DNA from: Gemmatimonadaceae bacterium
GTDB lineage: Bacteria > Gemmatimonadota > Gemmatimonadetes > Gemmatimonadales > Gemmatimonadaceae
Length of the DNA: 64,000 nt
NCBI GenBank assembly: GCA_045803545.1
Contig: JBJMOW010000002.1
Span: forward strand, 128,001-192,000
Direction: 5' to 3'
In this document: in pieces, positions 30,399 to 40,596 of the stretch
How the letters are laid out: the number at the start of each line of letters is the position of its first letter
How positions within the stretch are numbered: position 1 is the stretch's first letter
Program-made: the position numbers and the translations under genes
The notes under the pieces: generated by a model
Told to the model about the DNA's origin: nothing
Databases searched by the model: none
What the model saw: only the letters and a program-made list of their open reading frames with translations

Positions 30399-30549
30399 TA
30401 GCCATCCTACTCCGCGGAGACTCACCGGCGCGGTACCGAAATGGCGCGAGTAAAAACGATCTCGCGCGGGGCTCGCGGCGCCAGCACTCAACTGCCGCGG
30501 TGCGTAAGTCTTGCAGCAGCAGCAGAAGAATCTTAGGAGCCGTTCACTA

Positions 30550-33500
30550 ATGCAGTTTCGATTGATAATCGCTGGCGCGCTGGCGCTCTCGACGCCCGTG
30601 TTAGCGCGTGGTCAGGTCGGATCGACGACCGACATATTGATGGGCAGGATTAGCGGCGCTGACAGCCAGGCCGTCGCTGGTGCGCACATCGAAGCGACTT
30701 CGATGGAAACCGGTATCACCCGCACCAAGACCACCGACGCGGACGGACGTTATACGATCGTGTTTCCTGACGGTGGCGGAAACTATCGCCTGACGGTGCG
30801 CGCTATCGGGATGGAGCCGCTCACCCGGACGGTCTCGCGACAAGGTGACGAGGATCGACTCATCACAGACATCACGATGGGCCGCAATGCGATTCAGCTC
30901 GCGACGGTACAGGTTCGAGCCAATCGGCAGCGCAACAATGATCAGCGACCGGAGCCGGGAAGCACGGAGCGGAATCTCAATCCAAACATGATCAATCGAC
31001 TGCCGGTCGATGCTGGCGATCTTACCGCTCTCGCCGCGCTGGCGCCCGGTGTGATTCAGGTCCCGGGAACTGACACCACCAAGGCGTCGTTCAACATTGC
31101 GGGGCAGCCGGCGAATCAGAACAGCATTACGCTGGATGGACTGTCATTCGGAGCGGGCAGCGTGCCGAGCGAAGCGGTTCGCGCCACGCGCGTCATAACC
31201 AGCACTTACGACGTCGCCCGTGGTCAGTTCACCGGCGGGCAAGTGGCGTCGACTACGCGCGGCGGCACCAACAACGTACAAGGCGCCTTCAGCTACTCGC
31301 ATCGCGATCCGAGTCTGGAGTTCGAGGATGATTCGAGCGCGGCGTTCGGCCAGAAATACAATCAAAACCAGATCAACGTTGGCGTCGGCGGACCGATCAT
31401 CAAGGACAAGCTGTTCACCTTCGGCGCGGTGAGCTTCTCGCGTCGCACAGATGCGCTCCTTTCATTATTGGCTGCCGATCCGCTGACTCTGGATCGACTC
31501 GGCACCAGTCCGGATTCAGTCGCGCGATTCCTCGCCATTGTGCAACGCTACGGTTTGCCGCTCACGTCGCCACTCACACCAGACCAGCGTCTGAACGACA
31601 ATACCTCAGCCCTCGTTCGCGTCGACTACAACCTCGCGGAAGATCATTCGCTGATGCTGCGCGGTGACTGGCGCGGTAATACTCAGCTCGGCGCTCGCCT
31701 GAACGCTCTGGCGCTGCCGCACACTGGCGGCGACCTGAAAGGATCGGGTGGCGGTGGGATGCTGACTCTCACGTCGCATTTCGGGATGTACATCAATGAG
31801 CTCCGTGGCTATCGCTCGGTCGACAATCGCAACACCAGCGGGTATCTGACCGCGCCAGACGGGCGCGTGGTCGTGTCATCGATTCTCGACAACGGAGCGA
31901 GCGCGATTTCAACGCTGCAGTTCGGCGGGAATCCATCACTGCCGCAAGAAACGAGGTCTACTTTGCTCGAGGTCGGCGATGAGATCTCTCGACTCAGCAC
32001 AGCGGGCGGGCACCGCTTCAAGTTGGGCGGATTGCTCAACGAGCAGCGCAGCTCAGTGGGTTTCACGCCGAATCGATTCGGCACTTTCTATTTCAACTCG
32101 CTCGCTGACTTCGACGCGGGCACGCCGACGCAATTCACCCGCACGCTGTTCGCGCGCGATCAACAATCCGCGACCGATAACTTCGGCGCCTACATTGGCG
32201 ATTCGTGGCGTATCAGCCCGAAGCTCCAACTCACCTATGGCTTGCGTGCGGAAGGATCGCGTTACCCCGATAAGCCCGAGTACAATCCGGAGGTCGAGGC
32301 TACTTTTGGCCGCCGCACCGACAATCTGCCCACTGATTTCCGCGTCAGTCCACGCGTCGGCTTCACTTCCTTCATCGGAGAATCGCAGTTTGGACCGCCG
32401 CCACTGACACTGCGTGGCGGATTCGGCGAGTTCCGCGGCACCGCGCCGGCGCAGTTGTTCGCCAGCGCACTCAATGCAACCGGGTTGAACAACGGTCAGG
32501 CGTTGCTGACGTGTATTGGACCGTCGGCGCCCACTCCCGATTGGGCGTCGTATTTGAACGACCCGTCGACGATTCCGACCACATGCAACGGCGGCACATC
32601 GGTCTTTGCGAATCAGCGGCGCAACGTCACCGTTTTTGACCCCGCATTCTCGGCGCCACGTGCGTGGCGTGCATCTCTGGGGATGAACCGGCGCTTCTGG
32701 GATCGCTATTCGTTCTCGATCGACGCTGGTTATGCGCTTGGCCTTTCGCAGACGGGACAGACCGACATCAACCTCGACACGGTGCCGAAGTTTACGTTGG
32801 TAAATGAACGTGATCGACCGGTTTATGCTCCGCCGAGTGCGATCGTTCCGGCGACGGGGGCCGTGCCGCTGATTGCGTCGCGCGTGTATCCGCAGTTTGC
32901 GAGCGTCGGTCAAGTGACATCCAATCTGAAATCGAACACGAAGCAATTGACGTTTGGGCTCAACGGGCTCACCACCAAAGGCCTGCTGCTCAACGCGTCG
33001 TACACTCTGACGAGCTCCTACGATCAATCCCAGGGCTTCGCACAAGGATACGCGCAGGGCTTTGGCGGCAGCGCCGGATCCACGGCGGGCAATCCGAACG
33101 TCGTCGAGTGGGGACGCAGCGACAATGGGCGTCGCAGTGCATTCCTGGCTACGATCACCTATCCCATCAAGCCAGCCTTCGAGCTGACGGCGATCGGGCG
33201 CGCGGTTTCAGGCGGATTCTTTTCTCCAATGGTGAGCGGTGACGTGAATGGCGATGGTCGCGCCAACGACCGAGCGTTCATCTTCAATCCGGCGGACGCG
33301 CTGGCACGCGGCGACACTGCAGTAGGCAATGGAATGACGCGCCTCCTCGCCAATACGTCGGCACGCGCCCGCGAGTGCCTGCTCAGTCAGATGGGCAAGG
33401 TTGCTGACCGTAGCAGCTGCTCGACTCCGTGGTCGCCATCGCTCGACTTACAGGCGAATATCCGCCCGGCTGGCTTCGGGCTGGACCGCCGCCTCACAAT

Positions 33501-34203
33501 CTCCGTCTCGACGATGAACGCGCTCACCGGCCTCGATCAACTACTTCACGGTAACGACCATCTTCATGGCTGGGGTCAGCCATCATTCCCCGATCGCACG
33601 CTTCTTTATGTGCGTGGGTTCGATCCAGCGACCAATACATACCAATATCAGGTCAACGAGCATTTTGGTGCCACGAATGGAACGCGGAACGCGTTTCGAG
33701 TTCCATTTCAGATCGCAATTCAGGGGCGCCTGACACTCGGGACGGATCCCGCACGCCAGCAATTCAACAATGTCGTCGGCCGCGGTGCGGGCGGCAGAAT
33801 GAACGCCGAGGCGCTCAAGGCGCGAATGACACGCCTGGTGCCAAATGCCTTCGTCGACATCATCGCAATCAACGACTCCGCCAAGCTCGAACTCACACCA
33901 GATCAAATCGCCAAGCTACAGACTGCGGGCGACGCGTTCAAAGTGAAATCCGATTCACTAATCGACAGGGTCGCCAACATCCTTGGCGATTCAACGGTCA
34001 AGAATCCGGACCCGATGACCGTTTTCGCCAAAGTTCAGCCGTCGATTGCAGAAGGACGGAAGCTGGCGACGCAAGCGATCAACGATGCGAAAGCGATTCT
34101 TACGCCGGCGCAATGGGCGAAGGTGCCGGATAGCATCAAGACACCAGGTTTGCGGCGCGGTGACGGCGAGGGCCGGTCTGGGCGAGGTGGCCCCGGCGGC
34201 TAG
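30550..34203 (+). CDS. Oar-like TonB-dependent receptor with N-terminal carboxypeptidase-regulatory-like domain and a C-terminal helical extension
   Basis: Signal peptide, TTTDADGRYTIVF, LAALAPGV plug, GQFTGGQV..TRGGTN, GGPIIKDKLF, LTYGLR, SPRVGF, GDVNGDG. Confidence 0.85.
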   Translation: MQFRLIIAGALALSTPVLARGQVGSTTDILMGRISGADSQAVAGAHIEATSMETGITRTKTTDADGRYTIVFPDGGGNYRLTVRAIGMEPLTRTVSRQGDEDRLITDITMGRNAIQLATVQVRANRQRNNDQRPEPGSTERNLNPNMINRLPVDAGDLTALAALAPGVIQVPGTDTTKASFNIAGQPANQNSITLDGLSFGAGSVPSEAVRATRVITSTYDVARGQFTGGQVASTTRGGTNNVQGAFSYSHRDPSLEFEDDSSAAFGQKYNQNQINVGVGGPIIKDKLFTFGAVSFSRRTDALLSLLAADPLTLDRLGTSPDSVARFLAIVQRYGLPLTSPLTPDQRLNDNTSALVRVDYNLAEDHSLMLRGDWRGNTQLGARLNALALPHTGGDLKGSGGGGMLTLTSHFGMYINELRGYRSVDNRNTSGYLTAPDGRVVVSSILDNGASAISTLQFGGNPSLPQETRSTLLEVGDEISRLSTAGGHRFKLGGLLNEQRSSVGFTPNRFGTFYFNSLADFDAGTPTQFTRTLFARDQQSATDNFGAYIGDSWRISPKLQLTYGLRAEGSRYPDKPEYNPEVEATFGRRTDNLPTDFRVSPRVGFTSFIGESQFGPPPLTLRGGFGEFRGTAPAQLFASALNATGLNNGQALLTCIGPSAPTPDWASYLNDPSTIPTTCNGGTSVFANQRRNVTVFDPAFSAPRAWRASLGMNRRFWDRYSFSIDAGYALGLSQTGQTDINLDTVPKFTLVNERDRPVYAPPSAIVPATGAVPLIASRVYPQFASVGQVTSNLKSNTKQLTFGLNGLTTKGLLLNASYTLTSSYDQSQGFAQGYAQGFGGSAGSTAGNPNVVEWGRSDNGRRSAFLATITYPIKPAFELTAIGRAVSGGFFSPMVSGDVNGDGRANDRAFIFNPADALARGDTAVGNGMTRLLANTSARARECLLSQMGKVADRSSCSTPWSPSLDLQANIRPAGFGLDRRLTISVSTMNALTGLDQLLHGNDHLHGWGQPSFPDRTLLYVRGFDPATNTYQYQVNEHFGATNGTRNAFRVPFQIAIQGRLTLGTDPARQQFNNVVGRGAGGRMNAEALKARMTRLVPNAFVDIIAINDSAKLELTPDQIAKLQTAGDAFKVKSDSLIDRVANILGDSTVKNPDPMTVFAKVQPSIAEGRKLATQAINDAKAILTPAQWAKVPDSIKTPGLRRGDGEGRSGRGGPGG

Positions 34204-34263
34204 CGTGCACGGGTTGTGCGGGGGTATTCTCCCTCGTCGTCCTACCCTCATGCTACGCCAAAA

Positions 34264-34938
34264 ATGAAAGGCCTTTTTCGCCGTCTCGGCTGTCTCTTGC
34301 TCATCATCGTACTAGTACTGATTGCCTGGTACTGGTACGCCCGCGTCGAAGCAAAACCGTCAGTGACCGGGATGAACGCCGCCGCGATCGATGTCGCGAC
34401 CGGACCTGCGAACAGCGGGTGGCAATCGTTTACGCCGGCCGATGCCGATCGCGGCCGTGCAGTGCTGCAGGCATTCGATCGCCCGTCAGGGCCGGTGTTC
34501 GTCAACCTGACCCCCGCCGAAGCCGGCTCATATTTACTCGCCTCGTTGAACCGTCAGCTACCACAATCCGCTACCAACGCACAGGCCGCAGTTATCGGCA
34601 ATCGTCTGTACGTTCGCTCGGAAGTCGCATGGAAGGATTTCGGAGACTCCCGGGCGCTTGGCTCGATTCGCATGCTACTCGGCGAGCGTGACAGCGTCCT
34701 CTTCGGCGGAACGATCAAGATGATTCATCCCGGCCTCGCCGCCTTCACCGTCGAGGAAATGAAGCTTGGCAAGTTCGACGTGCCTGCTGCCTTACGCGGC
34801 AAGCTCATCGACGAGGCCAAGAAGCGTCGGTCCGTTGCGGGAGTGGCTCAGGATGCTCTACCGGTGACACTGCCGTCGTACATTTCGGATGTGCGAATCG
34901 AGAACGGCAAAATCACCCTCTACAAGAGCGCCCATTGA
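34264..34938 (+). CDS. Hypothetical protein with an N-terminal membrane anchor
   Basis: MKGLFRRLGCLLLIIVLVLIAWYWY anchor; stop overlaps the start of the regulator gene. Confidence 0.7.
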   Translation: MKGLFRRLGCLLLIIVLVLIAWYWYARVEAKPSVTGMNAAAIDVATGPANSGWQSFTPADADRGRAVLQAFDRPSGPVFVNLTPAEAGSYLLASLNRQLPQSATNAQAAVIGNRLYVRSEVAWKDFGDSRALGSIRMLLGERDSVLFGGTIKMIHPGLAAFTVEEMKLGKFDVPAALRGKLIDEAKKRRSVAGVAQDALPVTLPSYISDVRIENGKITLYKSAH

Positions 34939-36302
34939 GCAGGCGAATACTCGTCGTCGACGACGAGCCAGGTATTCGGGCTGCGCTCGGCCAGCTGCTT
35001 GAGTACGAAGGGTACGAGGTAAAGGCGCTGTCGAGCGCGCAGGAAGGCATCGGCGAGTTTCAGAAGTGGCGGCCGAACCTCGTCTTTCTCGATGTAAAAA
35101 TGGCTGGCATGGACGGCATGGAAGCGCTGAAGAAGATTCGCGAGCTGGATCCGACAGCGCTCGTGGTGATGATCAGCGGCCACGCTACGATTCGCACGGC
35201 TGTAGAGGCGACCCAGGCCGGCGCGTACGAGATCCTGGAGAAGCCGCTCGACACCGACCGCATCCTGGTGATGCTGCGCAACGCGTTTTCCAACCTGGAG
35301 CTTCAGGAAGAGAATTCGCGACTCCGCCAGTCGATCGACGCGCCATTTGAGATTGTTGGGAAGAGTCCGGTGATGCGAGCACTGATGGACAAGGTAGAAA
35401 AAGTTGCTGCAACACCGGCTCGCGTCCTGATCACGGGCGAAAACGGAACGGGTAAGGAGCTTGTCGCCCGCGCACTGCATCGCCAATCGTCACGGGCCAA
35501 CAAGCCATTCGTCGAGGTCAACTGCGCAGCGATTCCCGGCGAGCTGATCGAGAGCGAACTGTTCGGCCACATGAAAGGCTCCTTCACGGGCGCCGTTGCC
35601 GACCGTGCCGGAAAATTCGAGCAGGCCAACAAGGGCACACTCTTTCTCGACGAAGTGGGCGACATGAGTCTAGCGGCCCAGGCGAAGGTGCTGCGCGTGC
35701 TGCAGGACAATGTCATCACCCGAATTGGGGGCTCCAAGCCAATCTCGGTCGATGTGCGGGTGATTGCCGCGACCAACAAGACCCTTGAGAGTGAAATCGC
35801 CGCCGGGACCTTCCGCGAGGATCTCTATTACCGCTTGAACGTCGTACCAATTCACGTTCCACCGATTCGGGAACGACGCGAAGACATCCCAATGCTCGCG
35901 CAGTACTTCGTGTCGACACTTTCCGCGCGCGAGGGAATTACCCCACGCACATTTGCGCCCGATGCGCTCGAGCGCTTAAGCGGGCTTGACTGGCCGGGTA
36001 ACGTTCGTGAGCTGAAGAACACGGTGGAGCGTCTGTTGATTCTGGCGCCCGACACTCAGATCAGTGCGCGCGACATCGACCGTCTTGCCGGGCAACGAGC
36101 GCTCGACGATGCAGGATTGGCTACGCTGACGCAGTGCCGCACGTTCGAGGAGTTCAAAGAGGCAGCAGAGCGCGCCTTTCTGCTCAACAAGCTGCGGGAG
36201 TTCGACTGGAACGTGTCGGAAACCGCGCGCGCCGTGGAAATGCCGCGGTCCAATCTTTACAAGAAGATCGAGCGTTACTCGCTGTCGCGTGAGCACACCT
36301 GA
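34935..36302 (+). CDS. Sigma-54-interacting response regulator (NtrC/NtrX family)
   Basis: Receiver domain (VVDDE, FLDVKM), GENGTGKE, GSFTGA, LFLDEVG, WPGNVREL, C-terminal HTH. Confidence 0.94.
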   Translation: MSRRILVVDDEPGIRAALGQLLEYEGYEVKALSSAQEGIGEFQKWRPNLVFLDVKMAGMDGMEALKKIRELDPTALVVMISGHATIRTAVEATQAGAYEILEKPLDTDRILVMLRNAFSNLELQEENSRLRQSIDAPFEIVGKSPVMRALMDKVEKVAATPARVLITGENGTGKELVARALHRQSSRANKPFVEVNCAAIPGELIESELFGHMKGSFTGAVADRAGKFEQANKGTLFLDEVGDMSLAAQAKVLRVLQDNVITRIGGSKPISVDVRVIAATNKTLESEIAAGTFREDLYYRLNVVPIHVPPIRERREDIPMLAQYFVSTLSAREGITPRTFAPDALERLSGLDWPGNVRELKNTVERLLILAPDTQISARDIDRLAGQRALDDAGLATLTQCRTFEEFKEAAERAFLLNKLREFDWNVSETARAVEMPRSNLYKKIERYSLSREHT

Positions 36303-36334
36303 GTGACGTTCGCGTCCACAACGAAACAATCGAG

Positions 36335-37828
36335 ATGAAAAAGTTCAACAACTTCATTGGCGGGAAGTGGGTCGCCCCGGAATCGGGTGAATACTTCGAC
36401 AATCGCAATCCCGCCGATCGCGGCGACGTCATTGGCAGATTCCCGCTGTCTGACCGGCGCGACGTCGAGAGAGCGGTGGAGAGCGCGAAGCGTGGATTTG
36501 CGCGCTGGCGGCGCACTCCTGCACCCGCGCGCGGCGATGTGCTCCGCGTTGTGGGCGATTTGATGACACGGCGAAAGGAAGAAATCGCCGATGCGATGAC
36601 GCGCGAGATGGGCAAGCCACTCCAGGAGACGCGCGGAGACGTACAGGAAGGAATCGACACCGCCTACTACGCCGCGAGCGAAGGCCGCCGGCTGTTCGGC
36701 AGAACGGTCCCCAGTGAGCTGCGCAACAAATGGGCGATGAGTTATCGCCGGCCGATCGGCGTCGCCGGTTTGATCTGTCCGTTCAATTTCCCGATGGCGA
36801 TCCCGACCTGGAAAATGTTTCCGGCGCTGGTCTGCGGTAATGCGGTGATCTTCAAACCCGCCGAGGATGTCCCTCACACGGGAACGCTACTGGTCGAGAT
36901 TCTGATCGAAGCCGGCCTACCGCCAGAAGTCATCCAGCTCGTGCACGGCCGTGGGGAAGATGTCGGTGCCGCCATCGTCGATCATCCGTCGATTCCGCTG
37001 ATTTCGTTCACCGGATCGACGGAGACAGGACGCATCGTAGGGGAGACATGCGGCAGGCTTCACAAGCGTCTTTCGCTCGAGATGGGCGGAAAGAACGCTC
37101 AGATCGTGATGGACGATGCCGACCTGGATCTCGCACTTGAAGGCGCGCTATGGGGTGCGTTCGGCACGACGGGCCAGCGCTGCACGGCGACCAGTCGGCT
37201 GATTCTACAGAAGAAGATTCACGACAAGTTCGTGGGTATGCTCGAGGGCCGCGCGAAGTCGCTCAAGCTTGGCGACGGCCGCAAGAAGGGAACTGACGTC
37301 GGCCCGCTCATTAACGAGGATGCTGTCAGAAAAGTTCAGACCTATGTCGACATCGGCCAATCTGAAGGGGCGGAGCTCGTGATCGGTGGTGAGCGACCAT
37401 CCAAGCTGTCGAAAGGAAATTTCTTCCGGCCGACGATCTTCACCGACGTCAAAGCGGGTAGTAGGCTCGAGCAGGAAGAAATCTTCGGTCCCGTTTTGTC
37501 GGTTGTTCGCGTCAAGGATGCGGATGAGGCGTTCGCCGTAAATAATGACGTGAAGTACGGTCTGTCGTCTTCGATTTATACGCGCGACGTCAACACGGCA
37601 TTTCGCGCTTTGAACGAGCTCGATAACGGCATTACTTATGTGAACGCGCCGACTATCGGCGCCGAGGCGCACCTGCCGTTCGGCGGCGTGAAGCAGACGG
37701 GCAACGGCCACCGGGAAGGCGGCTGGGAAGTCTACGACTTCTATTCTGAGACCAAGGTCGGGTACGCCGACTTCTCGGGGACGCTGCAGCGGGCTCAGAT
37801 CGACACCTATTTGGGAACGCCGGACTGA
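36335..37828 (+). CDS. NAD(P)-dependent aldehyde dehydrogenase
   Basis: [42 protein letters not shown]. Confidence 0.94.
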   Translation: MKKFNNFIGGKWVAPESGEYFDNRNPADRGDVIGRFPLSDRRDVERAVESAKRGFARWRRTPAPARGDVLRVVGDLMTRRKEEIADAMTREMGKPLQETRGDVQEGIDTAYYAASEGRRLFGRTVPSELRNKWAMSYRRPIGVAGLICPFNFPMAIPTWKMFPALVCGNAVIFKPAEDVPHTGTLLVEILIEAGLPPEVIQLVHGRGEDVGAAIVDHPSIPLISFTGSTETGRIVGETCGRLHKRLSLEMGGKNAQIVMDDADLDLALEGALWGAFGTTGQRCTATSRLILQKKIHDKFVGMLEGRAKSLKLGDGRKKGTDVGPLINEDAVRKVQTYVDIGQSEGAELVIGGERPSKLSKGNFFRPTIFTDVKAGSRLEQEEIFGPVLSVVRVKDADEAFAVNNDVKYGLSSSIYTRDVNTAFRALNELDNGITYVNAPTIGAEAHLPFGGVKQTGNGHREGGWEVYDFYSETKVGYADFSGTLQRAQIDTYLGTPD

Positions 37829-37849
37829 CGACGGCGGTATAGACGGACC

Positions 37850-38596
37850 ATGGACGGATACGAAGAAAAGCGACGACACGCTCTGCAGCTGGCCAACCGA
37901 AGAAGGACCGGTGGCACGCTCGCGTTCCTTGGCCACTGGGCGAAGATCGTCGTCATTTCTCTCGCGCTCTTCATCGTGATCCGAGCTTTCGGCGTCGAGG
38001 CGTTCAAGATTGCGAGCGGCAGCATGGAGCACACCTTGTTCGAGGGTGACTTCCTGTTGATCAACAAGCTCGTATATGGGGCCGGAATCCCGGGCGTTGG
38101 CCGAAAACTTCCCGCCCTACACGCGCCACGGGACGGCGACGTCATTGTCTTCACCTATCCGGTCGATCCGCGGCTCAATTACGTGAAGCGAATCGTGGGC
38201 ACGCCGGGCGACACGCTCGCGATGCGCGAAGGCCTGCTCGTTCGCAACGGGCGCACGGTGCAGGAGAACTACATCCAGCGTACGCCCGGCGAGCCCGACC
38301 AATCAGACGACGATTTCCGCTGGCAGAAAGCCTATTTGGTAGGAAACGCGGCGGTCGAAGACTACCGTCCATCCCGTAACAACTGGGGCCCTCTGGTCGT
38401 CCCTGCTCATGACTACTTTGTCCTCGGCGATAATCGCGACAACTCGTCCGATTCGAGGTACTGGGGCTTCGTGGCCGACTCTCTTGTGCGCGGCCAGCCG
38501 CTGGTGGTCTATTATAGCTACGCGCCTGACACCGGCGACAAGCTGGATTGGTTGACGCGTTTACGGTGGAAGCGCTTCGGAGAGCTGATACACTAG
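37850..38596 (+). CDS. lepB: Signal peptidase I
   Basis: SGSMEHTL..GD, YVKRIVGTPGD, GDNRDNSSDSRYWGFV. Confidence 0.93.
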   Translation: MDGYEEKRRHALQLANRRRTGGTLAFLGHWAKIVVISLALFIVIRAFGVEAFKIASGSMEHTLFEGDFLLINKLVYGAGIPGVGRKLPALHAPRDGDVIVFTYPVDPRLNYVKRIVGTPGDTLAMREGLLVRNGRTVQENYIQRTPGEPDQSDDDFRWQKAYLVGNAAVEDYRPSRNNWGPLVVPAHDYFVLGDNRDNSSDSRYWGFVADSLVRGQPLVVYYSYAPDTGDKLDWLTRLRWKRFGELIH

Positions 38597-38668
38597 TCCG
38601 CAGTTTGCAACAATCGCAAACGGACTTGGTGCTTCTCTCTGACTACGGGAGAGGGTGACGCTATCGCT

Positions 38669-39526
38669 ATGAAGGCTTCGACGAATCGGAAATCGACCGT
38701 CGACGAAGGATCGCTCGATCAGTATCTGCGGGACATCAGCGCCTTTCCCCTCATCAGCCGCGAGATGGAGGTCGAGCTCGCGAAGCGTATCCGACAGAAG
38801 GATCAGGAAGCACTCGATACGCTGGTGCGGTCGAATCTTCGCTTCGTCGTTTCTGTCGCCAAGAAATATCAGAACCAGGGTGTGTCGCTCTCCGATCTGA
38901 TCAACGAGGGCAACCTCGGTCTTATCCGCGCCGCCCACAAATTCGACGAGACGAAAGGCATCAAATTCATCTCGTACGCTGTCTGGTGGATTCGCCAGTC
39001 GATTTTGCAGGCGCTCGCCGAGCAGTCACGTATCGTGCGCGTGCCGTTGAATCGCGCGGGGACGCTGCATCGGATCGGCAAGCGCGCTAGCAGCCTGCTG
39101 CAGGAGCTCGGACGGCAACCGAGTAACACCGAGATCGCCGAAGGCCTCGACATCAGCGAAGATGAAGTCGCCAAGACCATGATGATCTCTCAGGTGCATC
39201 TGTCGCTCGATGCGCCGATGACGCCGGGCGAGGATAATCGCTTACTCGATTATCTGCCCGACAACATGAATCCGACGCCGGACGAAATCACCTTCGAAAA
39301 GGCGCTGTCAGAGGCGATCGAGGAATCACTGGCGTCGCTGAAGGAGCGCGAGTCCAAGATTCTGCGTCTCTACTTCGGTCTCGACGGCGCCGACCCGATG
39401 ACACTCGAGGACATCGGTACGCTGCTCCAGATCACGCGCGAGCGCGTGCGTCAGATCAAGGAGAAGGCTCTTCTCAAATTGCGCCACAACTCTCGCCGCC
39501 GCTCGCTCGAATCCTTCCTCGGCTAG
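38669..39526 (+). CDS. RpoD/SigA-family sigma-70 factor lacking region 1.1
   Basis: SLDQYLRDI (1.2), NLRFVVSVAKKY, DLINEGNLGL, KFISYAVWWIRQ, TLEDIG..ITRERVRQI. Confidence 0.93.
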   Translation: MKASTNRKSTVDEGSLDQYLRDISAFPLISREMEVELAKRIRQKDQEALDTLVRSNLRFVVSVAKKYQNQGVSLSDLINEGNLGLIRAAHKFDETKGIKFISYAVWWIRQSILQALAEQSRIVRVPLNRAGTLHRIGKRASSLLQELGRQPSNTEIAEGLDISEDEVAKTMMISQVHLSLDAPMTPGEDNRLLDYLPDNMNPTPDEITFEKALSEAIEESLASLKERESKILRLYFGLDGADPMTLEDIGTLLQITRERVRQIKEKALLKLRHNSRRRSLESFLG

Positions 39527-39565
39527 CCGATACCGATACAGCCAGAGCGCGACCCGCCGGACCGA

Positions 39566-40168
39566 ATGATTTCAATCAGACTCACGGTCCTCAGTCTACT
39601 GAGGCCAATCAATTCATTCGTGCGCGCGTTGATCGGCGCGGGATTGGCCATTGCGTTGGCGAGCGTGCCGAGTGCCGCGCTCGCACAAAGCACGTGGGAT
39701 AGATACAAACCGGGAAGTTTGACTGCTGTGCTGAGTGACGCCGACTCGACCCTGCGCAAATCAAAACGCGAGGTCGATTCCGCGATGCACGCACCTCCGG
39801 ATACGAAACCGAGTGAACATTTTCTTGGCACTCAATACCCGACGCTCGCAACTGTCATCTACCTGGGGCGCTCGCGACCAGTCGATCCCAATCGCCTCGA
39901 GCTGATCTCGGCGTGGGGACGCAGCTTCCTGCGCGACTCAACGATGGCGAAAGATTTCCATCGCGAGTACCTGTTCCAGGAAGGGAAGACTTCGCTATGG
40001 CTTGCCGTACAGGATACCGTTGCCAGCTTCTTTCCCAAAGAGCTGCATCAAGGACAACCCGTGAACCTGTACGTCATGCTCCTGGGTGGCTACTATGACG
40101 CCGGTAAGATTACGTGGGCGTTTATCGTCAACGAATTCAACACCAAGCCGGTCGCACGATCCTTCTGA
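39566..40168 (+). CDS. Hypothetical secreted protein
   Basis: Signal-peptide-like AIALASVPSAALAQ; no recognised domain; start uncertain. Confidence 0.6.
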   Translation: MISIRLTVLSLLRPINSFVRALIGAGLAIALASVPSAALAQSTWDRYKPGSLTAVLSDADSTLRKSKREVDSAMHAPPDTKPSEHFLGTQYPTLATVIYLGRSRPVDPNRLELISAWGRSFLRDSTMAKDFHREYLFQEGKTSLWLAVQDTVASFFPKELHQGQPVNLYVMLLGGYYDAGKITWAFIVNEFNTKPVARSF

Positions 40169-40200
40169 GGGGTAAGAAACTGGACCCATCTGAGCATTCA

Positions 40201-40596
40201 ATGGGCCGCAAAGTCGCGTGGGTGCTCTCGCTCGGACTGCTCCTTTTCACGGGCGCTGTCGGGATCTACAACGGGTTAACCGAGTGGGGCGAAGGGCGCG
40301 GGTCGCTCCAGCGCTCGGTGACTATCGGCGTTTTTTTATACGGCATATTCGGACTCGCCAGCGCTTACGGATTGGTCCGCCGCCAACGCTGGAGCATTCG
40401 CACCGTCATCGCCTGGACGGTCGCGGTTACGTACGTCCCGGGAGTCGCGGTAATGGCGTATGCGGACGAAGATGCAATACTCGGGTCGGCGATCGCAGCG
40501 AGCATCGGGAGTCTTTTGATTGCACTCGGTGTTTTGTGGACGACCAATGTCATGACGAGGCCGGACCCGATTGCACAAGGGATCGAGAAACCTTGA
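40201..40596 (+). CDS. Hypothetical four-TM membrane protein
   Basis: Four hydrophobic segments; stop overlaps the next TTG start. Confidence 0.65.
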   Translation: MGRKVAWVLSLGLLLFTGAVGIYNGLTEWGEGRGSLQRSVTIGVFLYGIFGLASAYGLVRRQRWSIRTVIAWTVAVTYVPGVAVMAYADEDAILGSAIAASIGSLLIALGVLWTTNVMTRPDPIAQGIEKP

